Source: Euprymna scolopes (Eukaryota). Taken from it: 64,000 nt of DNA. Shown one piece after another: positions 1-15,000 of this stretch (position 1 is the stretch's first letter; each line of letters opens with the position of its first letter). Position numbers and translations under genes: made by a program. Where the stretch lies: assembly GCA_053919585.1 (NCBI GenBank), contig CM132815.1, one strand, 5' to 3'. Under the pieces are notes generated by a model, which saw only the letters and a program-made list of their open reading frames with translations, was not told the origin of the DNA and did no database searches.

Positions 1-3000
1 AGGGTCAAAACAACCCACGGTTTTGCGAGGATTAAAAGACCCATTGTTTTGCAAGGGTTAAAAAACCCATTGTTTTACGAGGGTAAAAAAACCCATGGTT
101 TTGCGAGGGTTTAAAAAACCCATTGTTTTGCGAGGGTTAAAAAAAACATTGTTTTGCGAGGGTACAAAAACCCATGGTTTTGCGAGGGTTAAAAACCTCA
201 TTTATTTGCGAGGGTTAAAATAAAACATTGTTTTGTGAGGGTTAAAAAAAACATTGTTTGGCGAGGGTTAAAAAAACATTGTTTTGCAAGGGTTAAAAAA
301 CCCCATGGTTTTGCGAGGGTTAAAAAAAACATGGTTTTGCGAGATTTAAAAAAAAAATGGTTTTGCGAGGGTTAAAAAAAAACATTGTTTTGACAGGATT
401 AAAAAAACCATTGTTTTGCGAGGATTAATAAAAACCCATGGTTTTGCAAGGGTTAAAAAAAAACATTGTTTTGTGACAGTTAAAAAAAAACATTGTTTTC
501 CGGGTGTTAAAAAAAACCATTGTTTTGCGAGGGTCAAAAAAAAACATTGTTTTGCGAGGGTTAAAAAACCCATGGTTTTGCTAGGGTTAAAAAAACCATG
601 GTTTTGCAAGGGTTAAAAAACCATTCTTTTGCGAGGGTTAAAAAAAAACATGGTTTTGCGAGGGTTTAAAAAACCCCATTGTTTTGCGAGGGTTAAAAAG
701 ACCCATGGTTTTGCGAGGGTTAAAAAAAAACATTGTTCTGCGAGGGTTAAAAAAACATTGTTTTGCGAGGGTTAAAAAAAAACATGGTTTTGCGAGGGTT
801 AAAAACCCCCCATTGTTTTACGTAGGTTAAAAAACCCCCATTGTTTTGCGTAGGTTAAAAAAACCCATTGTTTTGCGAGGGTTAATAAAAACCCATGGTT
901 TTGCAAGGGTTAAAAAAACATTGTTTTGCGAGAGGTAAAAAAAAACATTGTTTTCCGGGGGTTAAAAAAAAACATTGTTTTGCGAGGGTTAAAAAACCCC
1001 ATTGTTTTGACAGGGTTAAAAAACCCCATGGTTTTGCTAGGGTTAAAAAAAAACATGGTTTTGCGAGGGTTAAAAAACCCCATTGTTTTGCGAGGGTTAA
1101 AAAAAACATGGTTTGGCGAGGGTTAAAAAAACCAAGGTTTTGCGAGGGTTAAGAAAAAAACCGATGGTTTTGCGAGGGTTAAAAAACCTATGATTTTGCG
1201 CGGGTTAAAAAAAACATTGTTTTGCGAGTGTTAAATAAAAGACCAATTGTTTTGCGAGGGTTAAAAAAACCCATTGTTTTGCGAGGGTTGCGAGGGTTAA
1301 AAAAAATCATGGTTTTTCGAGGGTTAAAACCCCCATGATTTTGCGAGGGTAAAAAAAAACATTGTTTTGCGAGGGTTAAAAAAAACCATAGTTTTGCGAG
1401 GGTTAAAAAAAACCCATGGTTTTGCGATGGTTAAAAAAAAACATTGTTTTGCGAGGGTTAAAAAAACCATTGTTTTGCGAGGGTTAAAAAAAACACGGTT
1501 TTGCGAGGGTTTAAAAAAACCCATGGTTGTGCGAGGGTTAAAAAAAACATTGTTTTGCGAGGGTTAAAAAAAACCATTGTTTTGCGAGGGTTAAAAAAAA
1601 CCTTTGTTTTGCGAGGGTTAAAAACCCCATTGTTTTGCGAGGGTTAAAAAAACCCTATGGTTTTGGGAGGGTTAAAAACCCTATTGTTTTGCGAGGGTTA
1701 AAAAAACCATGGTTTTGCGAGGGTTAAAAAACGCATTTTTTTGCGAGGGTTAAAAACAACCCATGGTTTTGCGAGGGTTAAAAAAACCCCATGGTTTTGC
1801 GAGGGTCAAAAAAACCCCATGATTGTGCGAGGGTTAAAAAACGCATTTTTTGCGAGGCTTAAAAAAACCCATGGTTTTGCGAGGGTTAAAAAACCCCATG
1901 GTTTTGCGAGGGTTAAAAAACCCCATTGTTTTGCGAGGGTTAAGAAAACACATTGTTTTGCGAGGGTTAAAAAAAAACATTGTTTTGCGAGGGTTAAAAA
2001 ACCCATGGTTTTGCGAGGGTTAAAAAAAACATGGTTTTGCGAGGGTTAAAAAAACCATGGTTTTGCGAGGGTTAAAAAAAAAACATTGTTTTGCGAGTGT
2101 TAAAAACCCCCATTGTTTTGACAGGGTTAAAAAAAAAACATTGTTTTGCGAGGGTTAAAAAAAAACATTGTTTTGCGAGGGATAAAAAAAACCATTGTTT
2201 TGCGAGGGTTAAAAAAACCCATGGTTTTGCGAGGGTTAAAAAACCTATGGTTTTGCTAGGGTTATAAAAAAACATTGTTTTGCGAGTGTTAAAAAAAGAC
2301 CAATTATTTTGCGAGGGTTAAAAAAACCCATGGTTTTGCGAGGGTTAAAAACCCCATGGTTTTGCGAGGGTTAAAAGAACCCATCGTTTTGCGAGGGTTA
2401 AAAAAAAACATTGTTTTTCGAGGGTTAAAAAAAAATCATGGTTTTTCGAGGGTTAAAACCCCCATGGTTTTGCGAGGGTTAAAAAAAAACATTATTTTGC
2501 GAGGGTTAAAAAACCTCATTGTTTTGCGAGGGTTAAAAAAAACATTGTTTTGCGAGGGTCAAAAAAACCCACGGTTTTGCGAGGATTAAAAAACCCATTG
2601 TTTTGCGATGGTTAAAAAAACCATTGTTTTACGGGGGTAAAAAAACTCCATTGTTTTGCGAGGGTTAAAAAACCCATGGTTTTGCGAGGGTTTAAAAAAC
2701 CCATTGTTTTGCGAGGGTTAAAAAACCATTGTTTTGCGAGGGTTAAAAAAAAACATTGTTTTGCTAGGGTACAAAAACCCATGGTTTTGCAAGGGTTAAA
2801 AAACCATTCTTTTGCGTAGGGTTAAAAAAAAACATGGTTTTGCGAGGGTTTAAAAAACCCATGGTTGTGCGAGGGTTAAAAAGACCCATGGTTTTACGAG
2901 GGTTAAAAAAAAACTTGGTTTTGCGAGGGTTAAAAAAACATTGTTTTGCGAGGGTTAATAAAAACCCATGGTTTTGCAAGGGTTAAAAAAAATTTGTTTT

Positions 3001-6000
3001 GCGAGAGTTAAAAAAAAACATTGTTTTCCGGGGGTTAAAAAACCATTGTTTTGCGAGGGTTAAAAAACCCCATTGTTTTGACAGGGTTAAAAAACCCATT
3101 GTTTTGCGAGGGTTAAAAAAAACATGGTTTTGCGAGGGTTAAAAACACCCATTGTTTTACGAGGGTTAAAAAAAACATGGTTTTGCGAGGGTTAAAAAAA
3201 CCCATTGTTTTGCGAGGGTTAAAAAAACCCCATGGTTTTGCGATGGTTAAAAAAAAACATTGTTTTGCGAGGGTTAAAAAAACCATTGTTTTGCGAGGGT
3301 TAAAAAAAAACACGGTTTTGCGAGGGTTTAAAAAAACCCATGGTTGTGCGAGGGTTAAGAAAAAACATTGTTTTGCGAGGGTTAAAAAAAACCATTGTTT
3401 TGCGAGGGTTAAAATAAACCTTTGTTTTGCGAGGGTTAAAAACCCCATTGTTTTGCGAGGGTTAAAAAAACCCTATGGTTTTGGGAGGGTTAAGAACCCT
3501 ATTGTTTTGCGAGGGTTAAAAAAACCATGGTTTTGCGAGGGTTAAAAAACGCATTTTTTTGCGTGGGTTAAAAAAAACCCATGGTTTTGCGAGGGTTAAA
3601 AAAAACCCCATGGTTTTGCGAGGGTCAAAAAAACCCCATGATTGTGCGAGGGTTAAAAAACGCATTTTTTACGAGGCTTAAAAAAACCCATGGTTTTGCG
3701 AGGGTTAAAAAACCCCATGGTTTTGCGAGGGTTAAAAAACCCCATTGTTTTGCGAGGGTTAAGAAAACACATTGTTTTGCGAGGGTTAAAAAAAAACATT
3801 GTTTTGCGAGGGTTAAAAAACCCATGGTTTTGCGAGGGTTAAAAAAAACATGGTTTTGCGAGGGTTAAAAAAACCATGGTTTTGCGAGGGTTAAAAAAAC
3901 ATTGTTTTGCGAGTGTTAAAAACCCCCATTGTTTTGACAGGGTTAAAAAAAAAACATTGTTTTGCGAGGGTTAAAAAAAAACATTGTTTTGCGAGGGATA
4001 AAAAAACCCATGGTTTTGCGAGGGTTAAAAAAACCCATGGTTTTGCGAGGGTTAAAAAACCTATGGTTTTGCTAGGGTTATAAAAAAACATTGTTTTGCG
4101 AGTGTTAAAAAAAAGACCAATTATTTTGCGAGGGTTAAAAAAACCCATGGTTTTGCGAGGGTTAAAAACCCCATGGTTTTGCGAGGGTTAAAAGAACCCA
4201 TTGTTTTGCGAGGGTTAAAAAAAAACATTGTTTTTCGAGGGTTAAAAAAAAATCATGGTTTTTCGAGGGTTAAAACCCCCATGGTTTTGCGAGGGTTAAA
4301 AAAAAACATTATTTTGCGAGGGTTAAAAAACCCCATTGTCTTGCGAGGGTTAAAAAAAACATTGTTTTGCGAGGGTCAAAAAAACCCACGGTTTTGCGAG
4401 GATTAAAAAACCCATTGTTTTGCGATGGTTAAAAAAACCATTGTTTTACGGGGGTAAAAAAACTCCATTGTTTTGCGAGGGTTAAAAAACCCATGGTTTT
4501 GCGAGGGTTTAAAAAACCCATTGTTTTGCGAGGGTTAAAAAACCATTGTTTTGCGAGGGTTAAAAAAACCATTGTTTTGCGAGGGTACAAAAACCCATGG
4601 TTTTGCAAGGGTTAAAAAACCATTCTTTTGCGAGGGTTAAAAAAAAACATGGTTTTGCGAGGGTTTAAAAAACCCCATTGTTTTGCGAGGGTTAAAAAGA
4701 CCCATGGTTTTGCGAGGGTTAAAAAAAAACATTGTTCTGCGAGGGTTAAAAAAACATTGTTTTGCGAGGGTTAAAAAAAAACATGGTTTTGCGAGGGTTA
4801 AAAACCCCCCATTGTTTTACGTAGGTTAAAAAACCCCCATTGTTTTGCGTAGGTTAAAAAAACCCATTGTTTTGCGAGGGTTAATAAAAACCCATGGTTT
4901 TGCAAGGGTTAAAAAAACATTGTTTTGCGAGAGGTAAAAAAAAACATTGTTTTCCGGGGGTTAAAAAAAAACATTGTTTTGCGAGGGTTAAAAAACCCCA
5001 TTGTTTTGACAGGGTTAAAAAACCCCATGGTTTTGCTAGGGTTAAAAAAAAACATGGTTTTGCGAGGGTTAAAAAACCCCATTGTTTTGCGAGGGTTAAA
5101 AAAAACATGGTTTGGCGAGGGTTAAAAAAACCAAGGTTTTGCGAGGGTTAAGAAAAAAACCGATGGTTTTGCGAGGGTTAAAAAACCTATGATTTTGCGC
5201 GGGTTAAAAAAAACATTGTTTTGCGAGTGTTAAATAAAAGACCAATTGTTTTGCGAGGGTTAAAAAAACCCATTGTTTTGCGAGGGTTGCGAGGGTTAAA
5301 AAAAATCATGGTTTTTCGAGGGTTAAAACCCCCATGATTTTGCGAGGGTAAAAAAAAAACATTGTTTTGCGAGGGTTAAAAAAAACCATAGTTTTGCGAG
5401 GGTTAAAAAAAACCCATAGTTTTGCGATGGTTAAAAAAAAACATTGTTTTGCGAGGGTTAAAAAAACCATTGTTTTGCGAGGGTTAAAAAAAAACACGGT
5501 TTTGCGAGGGTTTAAAAAAACCCATGGTTGTGCGAGGGTTAAAAAAAACATTGTTTTGCGAGGGTTAAAAAAAACCATTGTTTTGCGAGGGTTAAAAAAA
5601 ACCTTTGTTTTGCGAGGGTTAAAAACCCCATTGTTTTGCGAGGGTTGAAAAAACCCTATGGTTTTGGGAGGGTTAAAAACCCTATTGTTTTGCGAGGGTT
5701 AAAAAAACCATGGTTTTGCGAGGGTTAAAAAACGCATTTTTTTGCGAGGGTTAAAAACAACCCATGGTTTTGCGAGGGTTAAAAAAACCCCATGGTTTTG
5801 CGAGGGTCAAAAAAACCCCATGATTGTGCGAGGGTTAAAAAACGCATTTTTTGCGAGGCTTAAAAAAACCCATGGTTTTGCGAGGGTTAAAAAACCCCAT
5901 GGTTTTGCGAGGGTTAAAAAACCCCATTGTTTTGCGAGGGTTAAGAAAACACATTGTTTTGCGAGGGTTAAAAAAAAACATTGTTTTGCGAGGGTTAAAA

Positions 6001-9000
6001 AACCCATGGTTTTGCGAGGGTTAAAAAAACATGGTTTTGCGAGGGTTAAAAAAACCATGGTTTTGCGAGGGTTAAAAAAAAAACATTGTTTTGCGAGTGT
6101 TAAAAACCCCCATTGTTTTGACAGGGTTAAAAAAAAAACATTGTTTTGCGAGGGTTAAAAAAAACATTGTTTTGCGAGGGATAAAAAAAACCATTGTTTT
6201 GCGAGGGTTAAAAAAACCCATGGTTTTGCGAGGGTTAAAAAACCTATGGTTTTGCTAGGGTTATAAAAAAACATTGTTTTGCGAGTGTTAAAAAAAGACC
6301 AATTATTTTGCGAGGGTTAAAAAAACCCATGGTTTTGCGAGGGTTAAAAACCCCATGGTTTTGCGAGGGTTAAAAGAACCCATCGTTTTGCGAGGGTTAA
6401 AAAAAAACATTGTTTTTCGAGGGTTAAAAAAAAATCATGGTTTTTCGAGGGTTAAAACCCCCATGGTTTTGCGAGGGTTAAAAAAAAACATTATTTTGCG
6501 AGGGTTAAAAAACCTCATTGTTTTGATAGGGTTAAAAAAAACATTGTTTTGCGAGGGTCAAAAAAACCCACGGTTTTGCGAGGATTAAAAAACCCATTGT
6601 TTTGCGATGGTTAAAAAAACCATTGTTTTACGGGGGTAAAAAAACTCCATTGTTTTGCGAGGGTTAAAAAACCCATGGTTTTGCGAGGGTTTAAAAAACC
6701 CATTGTTTTGCGAGGGTTAAAAAACCATTGTTTTGCGAGGGTTAAAAAAAAACATTGTTTTGCTAGGGTACAAAAACCCATGGTTTTGCAAGGGTTAAAA
6801 AACCATTCTTTTGCGTAGGGTTAAAAAAAAACATGGTTTTGCGAGGGTTTAAAAAACCCATGGTTGTGCGAGGGTTAAAAAGACCCATGGTTTTACGAGG
6901 GTTAAAAAAAAACTTGGTTTTGCGAGGGTTAAAAAAACATTGTTTTGCGAGGGTTAATAAAAACCCATGGTTTTGCAAGGGTTAAAAAAAATTTGTTTTG
7001 CGAGAGTTAAAAAAAAACATTGTTTTCCGGGGGTTAAAAAACCATTGTTTTGCGAGGGTTAAAAAACCCCATTGTTTTGACAGGGTTAAAAAACCCATTG
7101 TTTTGCGAGGGTTAAAAAAAACATGGTTTTGCGAGGGTTAAAAACACCCATTGTTTTACGAGGGTTAAAAAAAACATGGTTTTGCGAGGGTTAAAAAAAC
7201 CCATTGTTTTGCGAGGGTTAAAAAAACCCCATGGTTTTGCGATGGTTAAAAAAAACCATTGTTTTGCGAGGGTTAAAAAAACCATTGTTTTGCGAGGGTT
7301 AAAAAAAACACGGTTTTGCGAGGGTTTAAAAAAACCCATGGTTGTGCGAGGGTTAAGAAAAAACATTGTTTTGCGAGGGTTAAAAAAAACCATTGTTTTG
7401 CGAGGGTTAAAAAAAACCTTTGTTTTGCGAGGGTTAAAAACCCCATTGTTTTGCGAGGGTTAAAAAAACCCTATGGTTTTGGGAGGGTTAAGAACCCTAT
7501 TGTTTTGCGAGGGTTAAAAAAACCATGGTTTTGCGAGGGTTAAAAAACGCATTTTTTTGCGTGGGTTAAAAAAAACCCATGGTTTTGCGAGGGTTAAAAA
7601 AAACCCCATGGTTTTGCGAGGGTCAAAAAAACCCCATGATTGTGCGAGGGTTAAAAAACGCATTTTTTACGAGGCTTAAAAAACCCATGGTTTTGCGAGG
7701 GTTAAAAAACCCCATGGTTTTGCGAGGGTTAAAAAACCCCATTGTTTTGCGAGGGTTAAGAAAACACATTGTTTTGCGAGGGTTAAAAAAAAACATTGTT
7801 TTGTGAGGGTTAAAAAACCCATGGTTTAGCGAGGGTTAAAAAAAACATGGTTTTGCGAGGGTTAAAAAAACCATGGTTTTGCGAGGGTTAAAAAAACATT
7901 GTTTTGCGAGTGTTAAAAACCCCCATTGTTTTGACAGGGTTAAAAAAAAAAACATTGTTTTGCGAGGGTTAAAAAAAAACATTGTTTTGCGAGGGATAAA
8001 AAAACCCATGGTTTTGCGAGGGTTAAAAAAACCCATGGTTTTGCGAGGGTTAAAAAACCTATGGTTTTGCTAGGGTTATAAAAAAACATTGTTTTGCGAG
8101 TGTTAAAAAAAAGACCAATTATTTTGCGAGGGTTAAAAAAACCCATGGTTTTGCGAGGGTTAAAAACCCCATGGTTTTGCGAGGGTTAAAAGAACCCATT
8201 GTTTTGCGAGGGTTAAAAAAAAACATTGTTTTTCGAGGGTTAAAAAAAAATCATGGTTTTTCGAGGGTTAAAACCCCCATGGTTTTGCGAGGGTTAAAAA
8301 AAAACATTATTTTGCGAGGGTTAAAAAACCCCATTGTCTAGCGAGGGTTAAAAAAAACATTGTTTTGCGAGGGTCAAAAAAACCCACGGTTTTGCGAGGA
8401 TTAAAAAACCCATTGTTTTGCGATGGTTAAAAAAACCATTGTTTTACGGGGGTAAAAAAACTCCATTGTTTTGCGAGGGTTAAAAAACCCATGGTTTTGC
8501 GAGGGTTTAAAAAACCCATTGTTTTGCGAGGGTTAAAAAACCATTGTTTTGCGAGGGTTAAAAAAACCATTGTTTTGCGAGGGTACAAAAACCCATGGTT
8601 TTGCAAGGGTTAAAAAACCATTCTTTTGCGAGGGTTAAAAAAAAACATGGTTTGCGAGGGTTTAAAAAAACCATGGTAGTGCGAGGGTTAAAAAGACCCA
8701 TGGTTTTGCGAGGGTTAAAAAAAAACTTGGTTTTGCGAGGGTTAAAAAAACATTGTTTTGCGAGGGTTAAAAAAAAACATGGTTTTGCGAGGGTTAAAAA
8801 ACCCCCATTGTTTTACGTAGGTTAAAAAAACCCCATTGTTTTGCGTAGGTTAAAAAAAACTCATTGTTTTGCGAGGGTTAAAAAAACCATTGTTTTGCGA
8901 GGGTTAATAAAAACCCATGGTTTTGCAAGGGTTAAAAAAAATTTGTTTTGCGAGAGTTAAAAAAAAACATTGTTTTCCGGGGGTTAAAAAAACATTGTTT

Positions 9001-12000
9001 TGCGAGGGTTAAAAAACCCCATTGTTTTGACAGGGTTAAAAAACCCATTGTTTTGCGAGGGTTAAAAAAAACATGGTTTTGCGAGGGTTAAAAAAACCCA
9101 TTGTTTTACGAGGGTTAAAAAAAACATGGTTTTGCGAGGGTTAAAAAAACCCATTGTTTTGCGAGGGTTAAGAAAACACATTGTTTTGCGAGGGTTAAAA
9201 AAAACGCATTTTTTTGCGAGGGTTAAAAAAACCCATGGTTTTGCGAGATTTTAAAAAAACCCATGGTTTTGCGAGGGTCAAAAAAACCCCATGATTGTGC
9301 GAGGGTTAAAAAACGCATTTTTTGCGAGGCTTAAAAAAACCCATGGTTTTGCGAGGGTTAAAAAAAAACATTGTTTTGCGAGGGTTAAAAAACCCATGGT
9401 TTTGCGAGGGTTAAAAAAAACATGGTTTTGCGAGGGTTAAAAAAAACCATGGTTTTGCGAGGGTTAAAAAAAAACATGGTTTTGCGAGTGTTAAAAAACC
9501 CCATTGTTTTGACAGGGTTAAAAAAAAACATTGTTTTGCGAGGGTTAAAAAAAAACATTGTTTTGCAAGGGATAAAAAAACCCATTGTTTTACGAGGGTT
9601 AAAAAAACCCATGGTTTTGCGAGGGTTAAAAAACCTATGGTTTTGCGAGGGTTATAAAAAAACATTGTTTTTCGAGTGTTAAAAAAAAGACCAATTATTT
9701 TGCGAGGGTTAAAAAAACCCATGGTTTTGCGAGAGTTAAAAAAAACCCATTCTTTTGCAAGGGTTTAAAAGCCCATGGTTTTGCGAGGGTTAAAAGAACC
9801 CATTGTTTTGCGAGGGTTAAAAAAAACCATTGTTTTGCGAGGGTTAAAAAAAATCATGGTTTTTCGAGGGTTAAAACCCCCATGATTTTGCGAGGGTAAA
9901 AAAAACACATTGTTTTGCGTTGGTTAAAAAAAAACCCATAGTTTTGCGAGGGTTAAAAAAACCCATGGTTTTGCGAGGATTAAAAAAAACATTGTTTTGC
10001 GAGGGTTAAAAAAAACCATTGTTTTTCGAGGGTTAAAAAAAAACACGGTTTTGCGAGGGTTTAAAAAAACCCCATTGTTTTGCGTAGGTTAAAAAAAACT
10101 CATTGTTTTGCGAGGGTTAAAAAAACCATTGTTTTGCGAGGGTTAATAAAAACCCATGGTTTTGCAAGGGTTAAAAAAAATTTGTTTTGCGAGAGTTAAA
10201 AAAAAACATTGTTTTGCGAGGGTTAAAAAACCCCATTGTTTTGACAGGGTTAAAAAACCCATTGTTTTGCGAGGGTTAAAAAAAACATGGTTTTGCGAGG
10301 GTTAAAAAAAACCATTGTTTAGCGAGGGTTAAAAAAAACATGGTTTGGCGAGGGTAAAAAAACCAAGGTTTTGCGAGGGTTAAGAAAAAAACCGATGGTT
10401 TTGCGAGGGTTAAAAAACCTATGGTTTTGCGTGGGTTAAAAAAAACATTGTTTTGCGAGTGTTAAATAAAAGACCAATTGTTTTGCGAGGGTTAAAAAAA
10501 CATTGTTTTGCGAGGGTTAAAAAGCCCATGGTTGTGCGAGGGTTAAAAAAAAAACATTGTTTTGCGAGGGTTAAAAAAAACCATTGTTTTGCGAGGGTTA
10601 AAAAAAACCTTTGTTTTGCGAGGGTTAAAACCCCCATTGTTTTGCGAGGGTTAAAAAAAACATTGTTTTGTGAGGGTCAAAAAAACCCACGGTTTTGCGA
10701 GGATTAAAAACCCCATTGTTTTGCGAGGGTTAAAAAAACCATTGTTTTACGAGTGTAAAAAAACCCATTGTTTTGCGAGAATTAAAAAACCCCATTGTTT
10801 TGCGAGGGTTAAAAAAACCCATTGTTTTGCGAGGGTTAAAAAAACCCCATTGTTTTGCGAGGGTTAAAAAAAACATTGTTTTGCGAGGGTTAAAAAAAAA
10901 CATTGTTTTGCGAGGGTTAAAAAACTCCATGGCTTTGCGAGGGTTAAAAAAAACCATGGTTTTGCGAGTGTTAAAAAAAAACATTGTTTTGCGAGTGTTA
11001 AAAACCCCCATTGTTTTGACAGGGTTAAAAAAAAAACATTGTTTTGTGAGGGTTAAAAAAAAACATTGTTTTGCGAGGGATAAAAAAACCATTGTTTTGC
11101 GAGGATTAAAAAAAACCGATGGTTTTGCGAGGGTTAAAAAACCTATGGTTTTGCTAGGGTTATAAAAAAACATTGTTTTGCGAGTGTTAAAAAAAAGACC
11201 AATTATTTTGCGAGGGTTAAAAAAACCCATGGTTTTGCGAGGATTAAAAACCCCATTGTTTTGCGAGGGTTAAAAAAACCATTGTTTTACGAGTGTAAAA
11301 AAACCCATTGTTTTGCGAGAATTAAAAAACCCCATTGTTTTGCGAGGTGTAAAAAAACCCATTGTTTTGCGAGGGTCAAAAAACCCACGGTTTTGCGAGG
11401 ATTAAAAAACCCATTGCTTTGCGAGGGTTAAAAAAACCATTGTTTTACGAGTGTAAAAAAACCCATTTTTTTGCGAGGGTTAAAACCCCATGGTTTTGCG
11501 AGGGTTTAAAAAAAACATTGTTTTGCGAGGGTTAAAAAACCATTGTTTTGCGAGGGTTAAAAAACCCCATTGTTTTGCGAGGGTACAAAAACCCATGGTT
11601 TTGCGAGGGTTAAAAAACCCCATTGATTTGCGAGGGTAAAAATAAAACATTGTTTTGCGAGGGTTAAAAAAACATTGTTTTTCGAGGGTTAAAAAAACAT
11701 TGTTTTGCAAGGGTTAAAAAAACCCATGGTTTTTCGAGGATTAAAAAAAACATTGTTTTGCGAGGGTTTAAAAACCCTATGGTTTTGGGAGGGTTAAAAA
11801 CCCTATTGTTTTGCGAGGGTTAAAAAAACCCATGGTTTTGCGAGGGTTAAAAAAACCCATTGTTTTGCGAGGGTTAAAAAACCCCATGATTGTGCGAGGG
11901 TTAAAAAACGCATTTTTTTGCGAGGTTTAAAAAAACCCATGGTTTTGCGAGGGTTAAAAAACCCATGGTTTTGCGAGGGTTAAAAATACCCATTGTTTTG

Positions 12001-15000
12001 CGAGGGTTAAAAAAACCCCATAGTTTTGCGAGGGTTAAAAAAAAACATTGTTTTGCGAGGGTTAAAAAAAACATTGTTTTGCGAGGGTTAAAAAACTCCA
12101 TGGCTTTGCGAGGGTTAAAAAAAACCATGGTTTTGCGAGTGTTAAAAAAAAACATTGTTTTGCGAGTGTTAAAAACCCCCATTGTTTTGACAGGGTTAAA
12201 AAAAAAACATTGTTTTGCGAGGGTTAAAAAAAAACATTGTTTTGCGAGGGATAAAAAAACCATTGTTTTGCGAGGGTTAAAAAAAACCGATGGTTTTGCG
12301 AGGGTTAAAAAACCTATGGTTTTGCTAGGGTTATAAAAAAACATTGTTTTGCGAGTGTTAAAAAAAAGACCAATTATTTTGCGAGGGTTAAAAAAACCCA
12401 TGGTTTTGCAAGGGTTAAAAAACCCATGGTTTTGCGAGGGTTAAAAAAAACCATTGTTTTGCAAGGGTTTAAAAGCCCATGGTTTTGCGAGGGTTAAAAG
12501 AACCCATTGTTTTGCGAGGGTTAAAAAAAAACATTGTTTTGCGAGGGTTAAAAAAAATCATGGTTTTTCGAGGGTTAAAACCCCCATGATTTTGCGAGGG
12601 TAAAAAAAACCCATTGTTTTGCGTGGGTTAAAAAAACCCATAGTTTTGCGAGGGTTAAAAAAAACCCATTGTTTTGCGAGGGTTAAAAAAAAAGATTGTT
12701 TTGCGAGGGTTAAAAAACCCCATTGTTTTTCGAGGGTTAAAAAAAACATTGTTTTGCGAGGGTCAAAAAAACCCACGGTTTTGCGAGGATTAAAAAACCC
12801 ATTGTTTTGCGAGGGTTAAAAAAACATTGTTTTACGAGGGTATAAAAAACCCCATTGTTTTGCGAGGGTTAAAAACCCCATGGTTTTGCGAGGGTTTAAA
12901 AAAAACCCATTGTTTTGCGAGGGTTAAAAAACCATTGTTTTGCGAGGGTTAAAAAAAACCATTGTTTTGCGAGGGTACAAAAACCCATGGTTTTGCGAGG
13001 GTTAAAAAAACCCATTGATTTGCGAGGGTTAAAATAAAACATTGTTTTGCGAGGGTTAAAAAAAACATTGTTTTGCGAGGGTTAAAAAAAACATTGTTTT
13101 GCAAGGGTTAAAAAACCCATGGTTTTTCGAGGATTAAAAAAAACATTGTTTGGCGAGGGTTAAAAAAAACATTGTTTTGCGAGGGTTAAAAAACCTATGG
13201 TTTTGCTAGGGTTATAAAAAACATTGTTTTGCGAGTGTTAAAAAAAAGACCAATTATTTTGCGAGGGTTAAAAAAACCCATGGTTTTGCGAGGATTAAAA
13301 ACCCCATTGTTTTGCGAGGGTTAAAAAAACCATTGTTTTACGAGTGTAAAAAAACCCATTGTTTTGCGAGAATTAAAAAACCCCATTGTTTTGCGAGGTG
13401 TAAAAAAACCCATTGTTTTGCGAGGGTCAAAAAAACCCACGGTTTTGCGAGGATTAAAAAACCCATTGCTTTGCGAGGGTTAAAAAAACCATTGTTTTAC
13501 GAGTGTAAAAAAACCCATTTTTTTGCGAGGGTTAAAACCCCATGGTTTTGCGAGGGTTTAAAAAAAACATTGTTTTGCGAGGGTTAAAAAACCATTGTTT
13601 TGCGAGGGTTAAAAAACCCCATTGTTTTGCGAGGGTACAAAAACCCATGGTTTTGCGAGGGTTAAAAAACCCCATTGATTTGCGAGGGTAAAAATAAAAC
13701 ATTGTTTTGCGAGGGTTAAAAAAAACATTGTTTTTCGAGGGTTAAAAAAAACATTGTTTTGCAAGGGTTAAAAAAACCCATGGTTTTTCGAGGATTAAAA
13801 AAAACATTGTTTTGCGAGGGTTTAAAAACCCTATGGTTTTGGGAGGGTTAAAAACCCTATTGTTTTGCGAGGGTTAAAAAAACCCATGGTTTTGCGAGGG
13901 TTAAAAAAACCCATTGTTTTGCGAGGGTTAAAAAACCCCATGATTGTGCGAGGGTTAAAAAACGCATTTTTTTGCGAGGTTTAAAAAAACCCATGGTTTT
14001 GCGAGGGTTAAAAAAACCCATGGTTTTGCGAGGGTTAAAAATACCCATTGTTTTGCGAGGGTTAAAAAAACCCCATAGTTTTGCGAGGGTTAAAAAAAAA
14101 CATTGTTTTGCGAGGGTTAAAAAAAACATTGTTTTGCGAGGGTTAAAAAACTCCATGGCTTTGCGAGGGTTAAAAAAACCATGGTTTTGCGAGTGTTAAA
14201 AAAAAACATTGTTTTGCGAGTGTTAAAAACCCCCATTGTTTTGACAGGGTTAAAAAAAAACATTGTTTTGCGAGGGTTAAAAAAAAACATTGTTTTGCGA
14301 GGGATAAAAAAACCATTGTTTTGCGAGGGTTAAAAAAAACCGATGGTTTTGCGAGGGTTAAAAAACCTATGGTTTTGCTAGGGTTATAAAAAAACATTGT
14401 TTTGCGAGTGTTAAAAAAAAGACCAATTATTTTGCGAGGGTTAAAAAAACCCATGGTTTTGCAAGGGTTAAAAAACCCATGGTTTTGCGAGGGTTAAAAA
14501 AAACCATTGTTTTGCAAGGGTTTAAAAGCCCATGGTTTTGCGAGGGTTAAAAGAACCCATTGTTTTGCGAGGGTTAAAAAAAAACATTGTTTTGCGAGGG
14601 TTAAAAAAAATCATGGTTTTTCGAGGGTTAAAACCCCCATGATTTTGCGAGGGTAAAAAAAACCCATTGTTTTGCGTGGGTTAAAAAAACCCATAGTTTT
14701 GCGAGGGTTAAAAAAAACCCATTGTTTTGCGAGGGTTAAAAAAAAAGATTGTTTTGCGAGGGTTAAAAAACCCCATTGTTTTTCGAGGGTTAAAAAAAAC
14801 ATTGTTTTGCGAGGGTCAAAAAAACCCACGGTTTTGCGAGGATTAAAAAACCCATTGTTTTGCGAGGGTTAAAAAAACATTGTTTTACGAGGGTATAAAA
14901 AACCCCATTGTTTTGCGAGGGTTAAAAACCCCATGGTTTTGCGAGGGTTTAAAAAAAACCCATTGTTTTGCGAGGGTTAAAAAACCATTGTTTTGCGAGG

